Assembly (NCBI GenBank): GCA_010909165.1
Contig: MU008219.1
Location: 172,177-236,176 of the forward strand
Reading direction: 5' to 3'
DNA length: 64,000 nt
Source: Anthoceros angustus
Taxonomy: Eukaryota > Plantae > Anthocerotophyta
Numbering within the stretch: position 1 is the stretch's first letter; each line of letters starts with the position of its first letter. The translations under genes and the position numbers were made by a program. A model generated the notes under the pieces. The model was given only the letters and a program-made list of their open reading frames with translations. It did no database searches and was not told where the DNA came from. Below are positions 63,421-64,000 of this stretch, piece after piece.

Positions 63421-64000
63421 ACATTTAACTATTTTGCAAGAAGAACAGCGTGGGAATTCCCAAGAACTGTACATGTCGTGACCAAGATACGATAGGCACT
63501 GCCAAAAATCCCAATCTTCGAGAACGTGCTAAGCTACTTTAAATTACAAAGCTTATAGCACTTCTTTTCCTTCAATCGAGGTCTCTTGTTTCCCTTTCGG
63601 GAGCTTTCCTTCTTCGATGTTGTTTGGATGGTGTAGCTGGTTATCACGTTAATCCCACACGCTGGAAGTCCCCAGTTCAGTTGCGGGTTTAGATATCTTC
63701 CTCAATGCGATGGCTTATCTGTCCTTTTTCAAGATGAAAAGTCCTTCGGGTTCACTGCTGAGATCAGGTTCGAAATTGAAAACCTGGAGCTAAAATTGTT
63801 AGGAAAAGACCTCAGCCTTTATAGAGGGGAACACAACACTTCCATACAATGTGGGTGCTATGCACTAGGCACACTAGATACTAGCACACAAGCACACAAG
63901 AACACTTGCACACACCACACCTCACATGTAGGTGGGCTTGGACGCTGTGGCCAAGGCCGAGAAGATCGCTGCGGAAGCCTGGGACCGATGGCCAAGCTCC

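Overview
Eukaryotic, land-plant-type genomic DNA. It looks like a non-seed plant such as a bryophyte (inference from compact ~85-160 nt GT-AG introns and a single-domain DUF26 gene). Host genes lie at the two ends: tRNA-Pro(AGG), two three-exon SABATH carboxyl-methyltransferase genes ~45 kb apart, a secreted Gnk2/DUF26-like gene, a multi-exon AFG1-like ATPase, a weakly OSBP-like decayed gene and an F-box pseudogene. The ~40 kb between the SABATH genes is a nest of mobile DNA: Gypsy-type gag remnants, an L1-like remnant, an internally deleted Copia element with LTRs/PBS/PPT/TSD and a Sola-type DDD transposase; a CRE-clade non-LTR fragment lies near the right end. The most interesting signal is a pair of diverged, decayed copies (32.5-34.4 kb and 45.2-47.5 kb) of a gene fusing a ParB/Srx-like N-terminal domain to a prokaryote-type beta-class N4/N6 amino-DNA methyltransferase. 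Both copies have D-x-P-R instead of DPPY. One copy sits back-to-back with the Sola-type transposase; the other is studded with a recurring GGCGCCGGCATGCCGGCGCC palindrome. Caveat: many segments are tandemly or mosaically duplicated with microhomology junctions and indel-rich divergence, so some duplications and frameshifts may be assembly or read artefacts. All family assignments are by-eye motif recognition; no searches were run.
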